Part shown: positions 1 to 10,393 of the stretch, in pieces
Position numbering within the stretch: position 1 is the first letter of the stretch
Layout: each line of letters starts with the position of its first letter
Source: Vermamoeba vermiformis
Taxonomy: Eukaryota
Length of the DNA stretch: 64,000 nucleotides
Reading direction: 5' to 3'
Assembly: GCA_045837725.1 (NCBI GenBank)
Contig: JBEWZL010000287.1
Location: 1-64,000, forward strand
Program-made: the position numbers and the translations under genes
The notes under the pieces: model-generated
The model's database searches: none
What the model saw: the letters and a program-made list of their open reading frames with translations, nothing else
What the model was told of the DNA's origin: nothing

Positions 1-44
1 TGCAATTCCATTTCAGGATCTGTTATTTGTTTCGCGTTACTTAC

Positions 45-953
45 AGTATAACGGAAGAAGTGAATAGAGCTGGAGCCATCTTCATTGTACATTCGTCCAG
101 TCAAGCGTCGATCCCAAACAGTTGTTCCGGATACGTAACGGCCAGTATCGTTCAAGACCGATTTGAACGTCGCAGAGTCGCTAGCGCAAACAGACATGAG
201 AAATGCAGATGCAGTGTAGTTCATTTCTTTGGCTGCTTGAATAAAAGCAAGACATCCAGGACCCCAAACGGCTCCGGCTACCAAATCCGGATTGAATGCT
301 TGCAGTTGAGCGATGGCACCCTTCATATACTCTCGTGCACTATCGGTAAGCTTTGGAGAGTAGGGCACAGCAATGTCTAAGACGATTTCAAGCTTGTTGT
401 CCGTAGCACCGTTGATCGCACCTTTTCGGATGGCTTGAAAAAAAAGATCGTTTGTACCGCTCTCTCTGACAATGGCTATTGTCTTTGCTCCCTTGACTCT
501 AGCCAATGAGATTGCAGGAGGAAAGATACTTGAAGCGCTTGGCTGAACTCCAACCATGTATTCGAATCTGCGACCCGTGGCGGATGTGCATGGAGTAAAT
601 AGGTTCTCATCGCACTCGAATAGGGTTGGCGAGGCACCTCCTAGTAAAATAAGTATATTACAACCCGCTATAAGCCGTCTTCTGATCACATTCGTAAACT
701 CGAAAAAATTTAGTTGCCTTATTTGGCAAAAGTCTACGAATTAAAGCTAGCTTTCAGTGAAATAATTTGCAATTAAATTGGCGCTATTTTTAAATCATCG
801 AAATTGTGAAATCGTAACTTACCAGCAGCGCAACTAAGAATTTTGTGCTTTTCAGCCTCGATCGCGTGCACTTCCGTCAAGGACGATGAGAATGGGACTA
901 GCATCGCATGAACTTCACCATAAGTACCATTAGCAACCGCTCTAATAGCATTG
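45..953 (-). pseudogene. Fragment of a periplasmic-binding-protein type I / Venus-flytrap domain (LivJ-like, typical class C GPCR ectodomain); 5' part cut off at the LINE; continues left out of the window
   Basis: Manual minus-strand translation of exons ~823-950 (AVANGTYGEVHAMLVPFSSSLTEVHAIEAEKHKILSCAAG) and 45-640 (GASPTLFEC...RFEYMVGVQPSASSIF...GAKTIAIV...LQAFNPDLVAGAVWGPGCLAFIQAAKEMNY...). Exons are joined by a GT-AG intron at 641-822 and the frame is open throughout. Confidence 0.7.
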
Positions 954-1330
954 AATGAATGAATTTTTATTTTCTGATTTCTCGAAAAGACACGTACAGA
1001 GCGGTACTACGGGGAGTTCAACCCACATGCCAAAACGTATATACAATAGCAGCGCGTGCCGTTCTCGCGTGAGCTCACCACAGACGAACTTAATCATCGC
1101 GTGGATGTTTCATACTCGATGTGGCTTGGGCTGCTGTGTTCAAGGCCTAGAAAAAGGTAGGTGACCTAAAAAGATGAAAAATAAATGAAGGGGGGGGTGC
1201 GGGGGGTCTCCCCCCGATTCCTCCCTGAAAATTAATTAATTAAAAATATTACTGCGAGATGCGGTTCTAATTTTCGTTTTTGCGCTCCAGTAATAGCGCG
1301 TAATTAATAATAATATTGTACGAATTTATG

Positions 1331-4300
1331 TTATTGTTTTCTCTTGCCCTCGTTCTTCTTGTTTTCGATCTCGTGCATAATCTCTTCTAAAAACTCGACC
1401 TTTCGCTGATAAATTTCTTTGGTGGACGTTTTGTTGATGCGCGATGTCCAGTAACAATTCAGTCGCTCTTTTAATAAAATTACCGTTAATTTGCCGCGGT
1501 ACCTCATTACCTTGTCCTTGTTAGTTATCGCGCTTCTAACATTATTCTTTAGATTGGCCTCCACTGTGCCCGCTAGTGGACGTCCCCTCAAGAATATCTC
1601 CGTCTCCTTGCAGTGGAGTAGAGTGTGTTCCGATCCGTTTGTTGCTTCGCCGCAGAGAACGCAGTGCGACTCTACTGCCCCGTTCTCGAGTCTACGCCTT
1701 GGTTCGACGCGCCCTGATACCCATATGTAGTAGAATGATACGTACTCTGGCGTGAGTTTGAGTTGATCTGTTTTCCATACGTTTCTAACTTTGATACCTG
1801 ACAGTTTCTCAAGCATCAAGTGGTACACTAGCTTGTTGGGCAACCCTGTAGGGTCTTGTATGGGGAGATCTACTCGCACTGATGCTCGTTGGCATGCCTC
1901 GCTTGGGGTTTGAACTTCGAGGACCTTTTTGGTCCGTCTACTGAAGAGGACTGTCACTGGAATCAAGGCTGTCTTTCTCTCGGTAAGCTGCCCTCTCTTT
2001 TTGCTGCTGTGATGATATCCTAGGATCGCATTGTTGTTTGAGATACTTTTAACAATGTACGGGGCTTCTAATTTATTGCCCCGTATGACCCCAACCCATT
2101 GCTTGGCCTGAACGTCTGTGTTACGGGCCCCTATTATATTCCATGCTGCACGGGCATGATCAAATATTCTAGACGTTTTCTCTTTCCGTTTGGGTTTATC
2201 CCATAACAGAGGGTGAATAGGGTTCTTGTCTAGTGACCTTTCGAAGTACTTGTCCATGAGTGGTCGCCATGCCAGTTGGACCTGAGGATTGAGGTATTTT
2301 GACACCCAGGCTGCTTGCAAGCCAAGTGCCTTGGGCCTAATTTTATGGATTCCTATGCCTCCCATAGATTTGGGGTGTGTTAGGTCTGTTATTGAGATGA
2401 TGCATCTAGCACGTTTGCCACGCATAAATCTGTGTATGAGGGCCTCAGTTTCCTTGATCACTGCATCGGAGGGAGGCGAGATACTGGCCAGATACCAGAA
2501 CTTGGATAGGGCAAGGCTGTTAATGACCATTGCCTTAGCAAATAGACTCAACCCTGCCTTGTTCCATCTGTTGAGTACCATTCTGGATCCCTTGATTGCC
2601 TTTTGCCAGTAGTCATCTAGGCTCACTTGATATCCAACTTTGAATCCCAAGTAGCGCTCACCTTTGTTGATTGATACAGATTGAACCCCTCTAAATGCTG
2701 CTGGGATGTAGTTTAGCTGATGCCAAGTTCCTGTGGTCATAACACTGGACTTGTTGACATTCATTTTGGCTGCTGTGGCTTTGCAGAAATTGTTTAAATG
2801 AGTCATTAGTCGCTCTGCATCCTTTTCTGAGGTTGCTGCGAGTGCTGTATCATCTGCGTAACCTGAGTTGACTACCTTGGACTGCTTATCTAGTTTGAAG
2901 CCACTAATGGACTTGTCTTCTAGGATACTGCAGTGAAGGAGCTCATTGACTATTACAAACAGCATTGGTGATAGTGGACAGCCTTGTCTTACTCCTGAGC
3001 GGATTTGAAATGGAGCACTGCGATGCCCATTGACTGCAACTCGTGCCCAGCAGCTGCGATATATAGCCTTAATAGCATTGGTAAAGGCCGTTGGAAAGCC
3101 AAGTCCTGCCAGGGTTTCGTGCATTGCCCTGTGTGCCACTCTATCAAAAGCTTTCTCCCAGTCAACGAACAGCAGGGCCATGTTCTCGTTGGCTAGGACA
3201 GCCTCTTCAATGATAGACTGTATGAGGATAATATTGTTTCTGATGTCCCGCTCAGGAATAAAGCCGGTTTGGTGGTTGCCTATAATTTTACCTAGTATAG
3301 GGCCTAGGCGGAGAGCTAGGACTTTTGCAAAGATTTTGTAGACTGTGTTGGTGAGAGATATTGGGCGCCAGTCTCCTGGGCTGGTGCCCTCTGCAGGTGT
3401 GGCTTTCTTGCGCAGGAGAGAGATATCTGCATCCTCAAAGCACTTTGGGGCTTTGCCTGTAATCAGTATTTCGGAGAACGCCTTGGCTAGAACTGGTGTC
3501 CAGTGCGTAAGGTGTTTTTTGAACAGCCTTGCTGTGAGGCCATCTGGTCCAGGGGCTTTGTCAGGGGCCATTTCTTTTATTGCTACTTCCACATCTCCTT
3601 CTGAGATGTCCTGAGACAGGGCTGCACTGTCTTCTGCCGAGATTTGGATATGATGTTTCTTGGCAATGTCGATAGACTCCTGAAGTTGACGCTCATCTAC
3701 CTCTTTATGTGCATATAATTCCTTGTAATAGTCCCGGAAGACCTCAAGCATTTTGTCTGGATCATTTGTGACTCTGTTCTGATATTTGACATTGCAGATA
3801 GGGTCTGAGGTTTTGAATCTGTTCCTACTAAAGAAGTGTTTGGTAGGTCGCTCTGCTTTTGTAGCTCGGTACCGCCAGTATGGCTGAACAGACTCCTTCT
3901 GTTCTTTGAGGTGCTGCAGTTTGCTGACAAGTGTTAAGTGTTGCATTGCCTCCCACCTGTTTTCCAAGTCTTTTTCAGCACACAGCTCTGTTACAATCCC
4001 TGTCATTGCATCTCTTAGGGCGTCTCTTTTCCGCTGTGGTTTCTGATTCAGATCGAATTGCGTGTTTGACGCCAGCTCAATGACCTGCTTCATGATGTAG
4101 TCGAGGTGAGTGACCCACTTCTTGTTTGGTGGCTTTGGCTGTTTAAGTACGTTCTCTAGCTTCTCCTTGAATGGATTGTCGTATATGGTAGCTGTAGTTA
4201 TTCTCCACCTAGGTTGTCCCACATTGACCACTTTCTTTATGAGTGCAACGTGGATGGCACAATGGTCTGAGAAGAACTCCTTGGAGTACTTAACGTTGAT

Positions 4301-4981
4301 ATGGAAGTTACTTAGCGTGCCTCCATCAGTAGCCACTGTATCTAAACTGCTACCTCCCTGTTTGTTGGGGCGAGTGACAGGGCGGGTTTTGACTATCCCT
4401 GTATTTGGGTCAAGCAGGTCAAAGTCTAGGCAGCTTCCAAGTATGTTGTCATAGTGCTCATAGTACTGCTGATACCGGTAGTTTCCTTCCACCTTGTTGG
4501 GGTCAAAGTTTCTATCCATACCAACCAGGCATGGCACCTGGTTGTGTTGATACTGTTCTATTTTCAGCTTAAGGAACGCTAGGTCCTCAATCATAGTGTC
4601 TCTATTTTGCGAGGCATAGTACGATCCAACTACTAACCTGTCTACTCCATTCACCAGGACCAGGGCTATGGCTACATTGCCAGTTTGGGACGCATCTTTT
4701 TCAAGGACTGAGATGTCCTTGCTCCTAGTGATTAGTATAGCTGCCCCTCCGGCACTATCCCTAATGCTGCTGACTTTCTTGAAGTTGTTGAACTCAAACT
4801 CTCTGACCGAGCTGTCACTGTGTGCTTCCTGTATTAGTAAAATATCTATTTTAAAGTCGTTGACCATTTTATTTATAGCTTTTCTTTTGGACAAGGATGA
4901 TAGCCCATTGACATTTAAGGAAGATATACCTAGCGAGTGTGAGAGGGATTGATGCCTAAAGTCTCGGATATTGAAACTCAT
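1331..4981 (-). CDS. LINE ORF2: apurinic-like endonuclease + reverse transcriptase + C-terminal CCHC zinc finger (1216 aa, intact)
   Basis: APE motifs SLNVNGL, ILLIQE, SDH. RT motifs KAPGPDGL, WRPISL, QTGF, DWEKAFDRV, GVRQGCPLSP, YADD, YLG. Zinc finger CVLC...EHTLLHC. Confidence 0.97.
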   Translation of the reverse strand: MSFNIRDFRHQSLSHSLGISSLNVNGLSSLSKRKAINKMVNDFKIDILLIQEAHSDSSVREFEFNNFKKVSSIRDSAGGAAILITRSKDISVLEKDASQTGNVAIALVLVNGVDRLVVGSYYASQNRDTMIEDLAFLKLKIEQYQHNQVPCLVGMDRNFDPNKVEGNYRYQQYYEHYDNILGSCLDFDLLDPNTGIVKTRPVTRPNKQGGSSLDTVATDGGTLSNFHINVKYSKEFFSDHCAIHVALIKKVVNVGQPRWRITTATIYDNPFKEKLENVLKQPKPPNKKWVTHLDYIMKQVIELASNTQFDLNQKPQRKRDALRDAMTGIVTELCAEKDLENRWEAMQHLTLVSKLQHLKEQKESVQPYWRYRATKAERPTKHFFSRNRFKTSDPICNVKYQNRVTNDPDKMLEVFRDYYKELYAHKEVDERQLQESIDIAKKHHIQISAEDSAALSQDISEGDVEVAIKEMAPDKAPGPDGLTARLFKKHLTHWTPVLAKAFSEILITGKAPKCFEDADISLLRKKATPAEGTSPGDWRPISLTNTVYKIFAKVLALRLGPILGKIIGNHQTGFIPERDIRNNIILIQSIIEEAVLANENMALLFVDWEKAFDRVAHRAMHETLAGLGFPTAFTNAIKAIYRSCWARVAVNGHRSAPFQIRSGVRQGCPLSPMLFVIVNELLHCSILEDKSISGFKLDKQSKVVNSGYADDTALAATSEKDAERLMTHLNNFCKATAAKMNVNKSSVMTTGTWHQLNYIPAAFRGVQSVSINKGERYLGFKVGYQVSLDDYWQKAIKGSRMVLNRWNKAGLSLFAKAMVINSLALSKFWYLASISPPSDAVIKETEALIHRFMRGKRARCIISITDLTHPKSMGGIGIHKIRPKALGLQAAWVSKYLNPQVQLAWRPLMDKYFERSLDKNPIHPLLWDKPKRKEKTSRIFDHARAAWNIIGARNTDVQAKQWVGVIRGNKLEAPYIVKSISNNNAILGYHHSSKKRGQLTERKTALIPVTVLFSRRTKKVLEVQTPSEACQRASVRVDLPIQDPTGLPNKLVYHLMLEKLSGIKVRNVWKTDQLKLTPEYVSFYYIWVSGRVEPRRRLENGAVESHCVLCGEATNGSEHTLLHCKETEIFLRGRPLAGTVEANLKNNVRSAITNKDKVMRYRGKLTVILLKERLNCYWTSRINKTSTKEIYQRKVEFLEEIMHEIENKKNEGKRKQ

Positions 4982-5313
4982 TGGTTATCAATCGTACCCT
5001 GAGTACTGCCCTCCACAGTCTTAGGTGTATTCCCTCTTTTGTCTGGCTTGGCTTTGTCCTGTTTCTTGTCCTTGCTCTCTGGCTTGTTATTGTTCTTTTT
5101 ACCTCTGGCTCTGGAGCGCTCAAGCTTGAAGGTATAATCTCTGCCGAATTTCTTGCTGAATGTTTTCCATTCTTTCGACTCTAGCTCTTTAATCGCGTCT
5201 TTTTTAGCTTCACGGTTGCCTCTTGGAAGAGGCAGTAGTACATATGATGCATACACAGGGGCCTCTGAGACACGCGCCCGTTTGAGGTGAACTGGTCCTG
5301 TGTATGGGCGTCC
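4978..5313 (-). CDS. C-terminal remnant of LINE ORF1 (basic, Lys-rich)
   Basis: Open frame upstream of ORF2, ending in a TGA that overlaps the ORF2 ATG (ATGA, 4978-4981). Truncated at the right TSD; the part of the ORF-track entry beyond 5313 is flanking DNA. Confidence 0.7.
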   Translation of the reverse strand, partial: GRPYTGPVHLKRARVSEAPVYASYVLLPLPRGNREAKKDAIKELESKEWKTFSKKFGRDYTFKLERSRARGKKNNNKPESKDKKQDKAKPDKRGNTPKTVEGSTQGTIDNQ

Positions 5314-6365
5314 TAGCATTGCGCCAGTACGGCGAACGAGATCAACACACTTTATATGCCGTAATGTTGGGCAATCCTGAACCGATCTACGCATACCAAG
5401 TCGATCTATCTGCTAGTCTTACTGTGGCATTCACAACCGTGGCTTCCTTCGTCATTGCACTAGCCCTGTTTTCGTTAATCTTTGTGGTGAAATACCGACA
5501 TGTCAAGATCATTCGTGCAACTCAACCAACATTCCACTACGGCACTATTAGCGGGGCCATCGCTATGCTCATCGCGGTAATCATCATTAATGTTCAGCCG
5601 CCGCATGACAACTATTGCACGGTCTCGTTGTGGCTGGTAATGTTGGGCTTCAGCTTGTTGTATGGAAACCTGATCGCAAAAATGTTCCGCATTTGGCGAT
5701 TATCCGACGTTAAATCGTTGGAGATTCGAGTCATCAAAGATATTCATCTGGTGCCATTCGTTGCTGGCGTCGTCTTACTCTACATTATTCCGCTAGCCGT
5801 GTGGACTGGCCTAGACGCTCCGAAGCTACATTCGTTCGCGAACAATCGACCTCAAGACCAATACTTAATGGTCTGCGGCACCGGTAGCACTGGCACTACT
5901 ATATTCATTACTCTTCTGGCACTCAGCTGCGCATTACTACTCGTTGGTTGCATATTCGCCTATCTCAACCGTAATGTGGCATCCATTTACAACGAGTCAC
6001 GTCAAGTTGCAACCTCGATCTACATCTTCAGTTTTGCCGCGATAGTATTGATGCCAATGATATTCACCATTCAAGACTACATCGTCGTTCACATCACTCT
6101 CTGCGCTGTGATATGCTTCTGTACGCTCATCACTCTAATTGCTCTCTTCCTGTTCAAGTTTATTAGAATCATCACCAAACGAGGCGAAATTTCATCCAAC
6201 TCAACTTCGAACCTATCCGTAATGCACACGGCTTCGAATACTTCATCGTTCAAAGAACAAACTGATGTACGAGTGCTCAAACATGATTTGGAAAGGGTGC
6301 TAAAAGAAAACGAAGCGCTTCGCAACGAAATCGACAACTTAAAAGACAACAAACCTGAAAAATAA
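5304..6365 (+). CDS. Class C (GABA-B-like, 7tm_3) GPCR seven-transmembrane domain with C-terminal coiled coil; lacks its ectodomain
   Basis: KYRHVKIIRATQPTF, LYGNLIAKMFRIWRL, YNESRQVATSIY, seven hydrophobic segments, and a heptad tail (LKHDLERVLKENEALRNEIDNL). The ATG at 5304 lies inside the LINE. Confidence 0.85.
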   Translation: MGVLALRQYGERDQHTLYAVMLGNPEPIYAYQVDLSASLTVAFTTVASFVIALALFSLIFVVKYRHVKIIRATQPTFHYGTISGAIAMLIAVIIINVQPPHDNYCTVSLWLVMLGFSLLYGNLIAKMFRIWRLSDVKSLEIRVIKDIHLVPFVAGVVLLYIIPLAVWTGLDAPKLHSFANNRPQDQYLMVCGTGSTGTTIFITLLALSCALLLVGCIFAYLNRNVASIYNESRQVATSIYIFSFAAIVLMPMIFTIQDYIVVHITLCAVICFCTLITLIALFLFKFIRIITKRGEISSNSTSNLSVMHTASNTSSFKEQTDVRVLKHDLERVLKENEALRNEIDNLKDNKPEK

Positions 6366-7108
6366 TGACCACTTAAACATTTTACTATTATTTCTGCAAT
6401 GCAATAGCCTTAAACATAAAATAAAATAATAATACGACTTTTCCCTAAGTGTTGTCCCCTACTTCGTTTCCTAATAACTCAGCGGAAGTTGAAGTTTCCC
6501 AATTGTTTATACCGTTGATGCGATGACTATCATGGGTGCTACTATGGGCACTGCGATTCTTCAGTCGATCTGGTTACTCGTACGTTCATTAGTTGCACTC
6601 GCTGGCTAAACTAAATAATACATATAAAATATATTATTATTTCCGTGGAATAAAAGAAATGTACGATTGGTCAGATCGAGAATAAAATGTACCGTTCGAG
6701 ATTTCCTAATTTAGGGCCAATCAGCTTGCCTACCTTATAATAATATATTGCCTCCTTCATGAAGCGGTTGGCCAATACTATGCTACTTTGTCTTAATGAT
6801 ACGCAAGTAACGTCGCATGAGCGGAAGCGTAAAAGCTCGGGCAAAGGTAGAGCGTTCTACATTGAGTTATCCAAACTTCTAGAAAGTGTATAATTGTCGT
6901 ACTTTTTCTTTCGAATGCTACAACCCCGCACAAGTTTACGCACTTCAGAAAGCAGGAATCGGAAAAAGCTACCGAAGGTTCAGGCAAGAATACTTGCAAA
7001 AATTTTCAGCGTTACGCACATTAACTTGTTTATTTCATTTTATTAATAACAGATTCAATTCGTACCAACGAACAACCGGTACAAATTTTTGGATTTAGTT
7101 CAGCAAGC

Positions 7109-7738
7109 ATGAAGAAAATTACGGTAGCATTTTTAGTGGTAGCATACGCATTCCACATCGCTAGTGGAGTCTTCCTAGCTATCCCTACTACGCGGAAGTA
7201 CTGCGAGCCGAGCGACTACAGATTTGGAATGGAGATCTTACCTATGGAATGCACTTACACCGTCGACACCGATACTCCGCCCAATTTTCAACCATTTTAT
7301 GCTATTGCTAGTTGCAGCGAATATATTCTTTACGAATACAGCTGCGGAACTCCAGAGTTGTGTTCAAATCCGGATTACTGCACTCCATTTACGAACGTTT
7401 CTCTTGGTTGCTTTGGCATAGAGAATTTATTTTATAGCTGCTATGATGATTACAAGGATGCTCTTCATCAACTAGGAACCTCATCCTTCGTACAGATCGC
7501 CGAATCCAACGTAGATCAATGCCAAAGCGTGGCCGACTACCAAGTCTATCCTATCAATAAGTGTATCGAAACGCTCCGTCGTGACGAATTCCCCTCAGTA
7601 CTGTACAAATGCAACAGCACGCACGTAGTGAAAACTAATTACTATGACGAAGAGTGCAGAAAATTCGCTTTCACCGAATATCATCAACTGAATACTTGCG
7701 AGGACGAAAGAAATTTTTATACTTGTCAAGGATACTAG
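7109..7738 (+). CDS. Secreted cysteine-rich protein (209 aa)
   Basis: Signal peptide MKKITVAFLVVAYAFHIASG, many spaced Cys residues, AATAAA right after the stop. Confidence 0.75.
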   Translation: MKKITVAFLVVAYAFHIASGVFLAIPTTRKYCEPSDYRFGMEILPMECTYTVDTDTPPNFQPFYAIASCSEYILYEYSCGTPELCSNPDYCTPFTNVSLGCFGIENLFYSCYDDYKDALHQLGTSSFVQIAESNVDQCQSVADYQVYPINKCIETLRRDEFPSVLYKCNSTHVVKTNYYDEECRKFAFTEYHQLNTCEDERNFYTCQGY

Positions 7739-7953
7739 AATAAAATAAAATTAATTTTCATCATCACTAGATCGGATCCAATTTCGACACCGTTACTTCC
7801 TCTCATTTAGCACACAAAATTAACCGGTATAATTTTCAGTAAAAGTCCATTTAGCCGTTTTTGAAAAAATGAAAAAGAATCACAACGTCCCTTGCCATTT
7901 GAATAAAACAGCGAACTCCAGTTGTAAAGAAATCGCCTAATAAACACCACATT

Positions 7954-8247
7954 ATGTCAATCAAGCTTTCTTTTGCAGTGTTGATAAATGCGCTTAGCGT
8001 TGTGATAGCCACCAACGCACAGATCTCCCCAACGCCAGACGATTTTCCGAATCCACTACCTCCCAACTCAGAAGCTCCATTCTCCGAGCAACAAAACGAA
8101 CTGGATCTCTCGTCTTATTACCTTCTCATCGCTATTGTAAGCTTAGTGGTGCTGGCTCTCGTAGCGATAGGAATTGCTATTGTTTACATCTCCAAAGCTC
8201 CACCTGGCGTGGTTTATGACCCGTTAAAGCATATTACACGAAAATGA
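7954..8247 (+). CDS. Small type I single-pass membrane protein (97 aa)
   Basis: Signal peptide, Pro-rich stalk, TM helix (YLLIAIVSLVVLALVAIGIAIVYI), short tail with YDPL. Confidence 0.7.
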   Translation: MSIKLSFAVLINALSVVIATNAQISPTPDDFPNPLPPNSEAPFSEQQNELDLSSYYLLIAIVSLVVLALVAIGIAIVYISKAPPGVVYDPLKHITRK

Positions 8248-8346
8248 TACTATCCATATTACTATTTAATAAAATTGATCAAATTGACAAATCGTAGTTT
8301 CAATTATTAGGCCTAATCTAATTATTTTATATGAAATTGTAATGTA

Positions 8347-10393
8347 CTAAGGATTTGCTAGGCTAACTGAGCCACAAGAAGTTCCGCAAGAAGCATACGG
8401 CAAAGTATCTGGTACGATGTTGACTTCGGATGTGACCTTGAACTCGCTACCACCAATATCGTACGTGAATTCCAAGAAAAATAATCCCCAGCCTGCTGCA
8501 GGAGCTTTTCTTGATGCCACGTAGTACGCGTTATTCGTTGGATTAATAACAGTCGTGTTCCAAGTCAAACCTTGGTAGCATCCGTAACCACTGGCAGTGT
8601 AACACGCAAACAGTCTAAAATCACGCTTAGTAGTGCTAATACTATTCGTAGAATACATCAGCACTTGTTTCGGCGTGATATTCGAGACCGCAACAATCGC
8701 AGCGTTGCCGTTGCGAGAGGCAGTTTTGACCAAGTTCCAGTGCAGACCAGTTGGCGAGGCCTTGTTGTCCACTATCATATGGAAGAAGCTGTTGATGGAC
8801 ACTAACACGTCAGTCACGTTAAAAGTGCTCGAGAATGAGTGGTCGGCGCCAGGCAAGACACGAAGGTACTTCTCGCCAAGCAGATCTTGGAAGAAAAAGT
8901 TGGCAGAATCGGGTTGAAAGAACTCATCTTGCGAGGATACTATTATATACGCAGGCTTTGATTCGAATCTCGCGTTGAAGTTGATCGGATCGATCAAACC
9001 AGCCAGCGCATTGAACGGCGGAGTATTCAAATACGCCATATTGCCTGCACCATACTAAATATAATATAAGTTATTATATAATAAGTACTATATTATTGTG
9101 GCTTACGTAATCGGAGAAAGTCCAAGACCAGCCCCCTAGGGATCTATACGCGTTGTTCAGATTCGGAGTCATGTTGAGAATAGGCATGACAATAGGAACA
9201 AAGCCAATAATACGGTCATCGACACCAGCTGCAAGCCAAGTCGTCCAGCCTCTCTTTGAAGCACCAGACATGACGAACGAATCCACTCTGAAGTGAGGAG
9301 ACAAAATCTTGGATAGCGTCCCTATGCATAAGAATATTAGTATAATTATCGATGTTAGGTAATTAGACCTACATTGCACGAATAGCGGATTTAACTTGAG
9401 GGAATTGCAAGACCCAGTTCGGATCGGAAGAAGTGTTGGCCAAGAAGTGAGCCCAAGTATAGGCGATAATACCATCTTCTGTGCGCGAGGTTTGAGTCGG
9501 ATCATTAGTGAATACAATAGGCTGGTTGGGCACTTGTTGCAGTCCTATTGAATAAAATTAATTAGTTTCCAGTACAAATTCTGCGATTTCCTAATTTGGA
9601 ATTCGTATCAAATTTTTGTGTAGTACATGCTCGATTAATAAATAATATTGATATAGGCACTCACTCGCTGTTACAGCTTGGGTCCTAGGACATAAAAACG
9701 CGGTTATGCTGTCGAGACTTGTCGCGGCAAAACCGGATGCAGTGTTGCTTCCTCCGTCAATGTACAAAAATGCGGTGTTTTTAGACACCTATTAACTCAT
9801 TATTAGTACATATACATTACTTTTAGATATACTGTTCGACTTACATCGCTCGGAACGCAAATCGTCAATAGATGTGTCCAGACTGGTTTGTTGGATTCGG
9901 CATAGCTGAGCCAATTTTGCGATGTCAAGTTAAGGAACTACGATAATAGCATTAGTAACATCATACCGTATTATCAAAAGATTGAAAACGATCCACAGAG
10001 TATGACATTTGTGGATCCGAAAAGACAAAAAAATTCGGATCTTTCTGACCGAAGAGCGGAGCACGGAAGAGGAATAATTCCCATCGTTTACGTATAATAT
10101 ACTACTATTAAATCATATACGGAGCATCGAATCGATTGAATTTGATTAAATGAGGATTCTGCAAAGATTTCTTGTGATTTCTGTAATTATTGAAACGATA
10201 CGATGGTTGTGAATAAAAAATATCGATTATATAATAGACTTACATAAGCAGTATATGAAGCATCATTGATCGTTCCTATTAGCGAGTAAGCAAATGAATT
10301 GTCGCCATTGTTGATGTACGAATCTAGTGGAGTTTGGGTTGCCACCAAAACAACGCTACAAATTAATAATAAGACCACACCTCTCTTATGCAT
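8347..10393 (-). CDS. Secreted PqaA-family (PhoPQ-activated pathogenicity-related) alpha/beta hydrolase, AprA-like; multi-exon
   Basis: Signal peptide followed by TPLDSY; exon motifs LTSQNWLS, WTHLLTICVP, AFLYIDGG, SGASKRGWTTWL, DEFFQPD, LPGADH, GWGLFFLEFTY; GT-AG introns. Confidence 0.85.

Larger units (their letters stand above)
946..5321 (-). mobile_element. 5'-truncated non-LTR retrotransposon (L1/Tx1-type LINE) with 8-bp TSD and (ATTC)n tail
   Basis: Direct repeat TAGCATTG at 946-953 and 5314-5321. The tail reads (GAAT)3 on + at 953-964, with AATAAA on minus just inside it. Contains an APE-RT ORF2 and the 3' end of ORF1. Confidence 0.92.

Noticed and set aside
1331-4981. RT as part of a retron, DGR, group II intron or telomerase system
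   Set aside because: The APE domain, CCHC finger, ORF1, TSD and tail identify an ordinary non-LTR element; no template/variable repeat pair was seen.
1491-5184. Many plus-strand ORFs over the LINE
   Set aside because: Antisense shadows of ORF2/ORF1 with no recognisable motifs.
5314-5394. N-terminal part of ORF 4978..5394 as the true ORF1 start
   Set aside because: It lies outside the TSD, so it is flanking host DNA that happens to be in frame.
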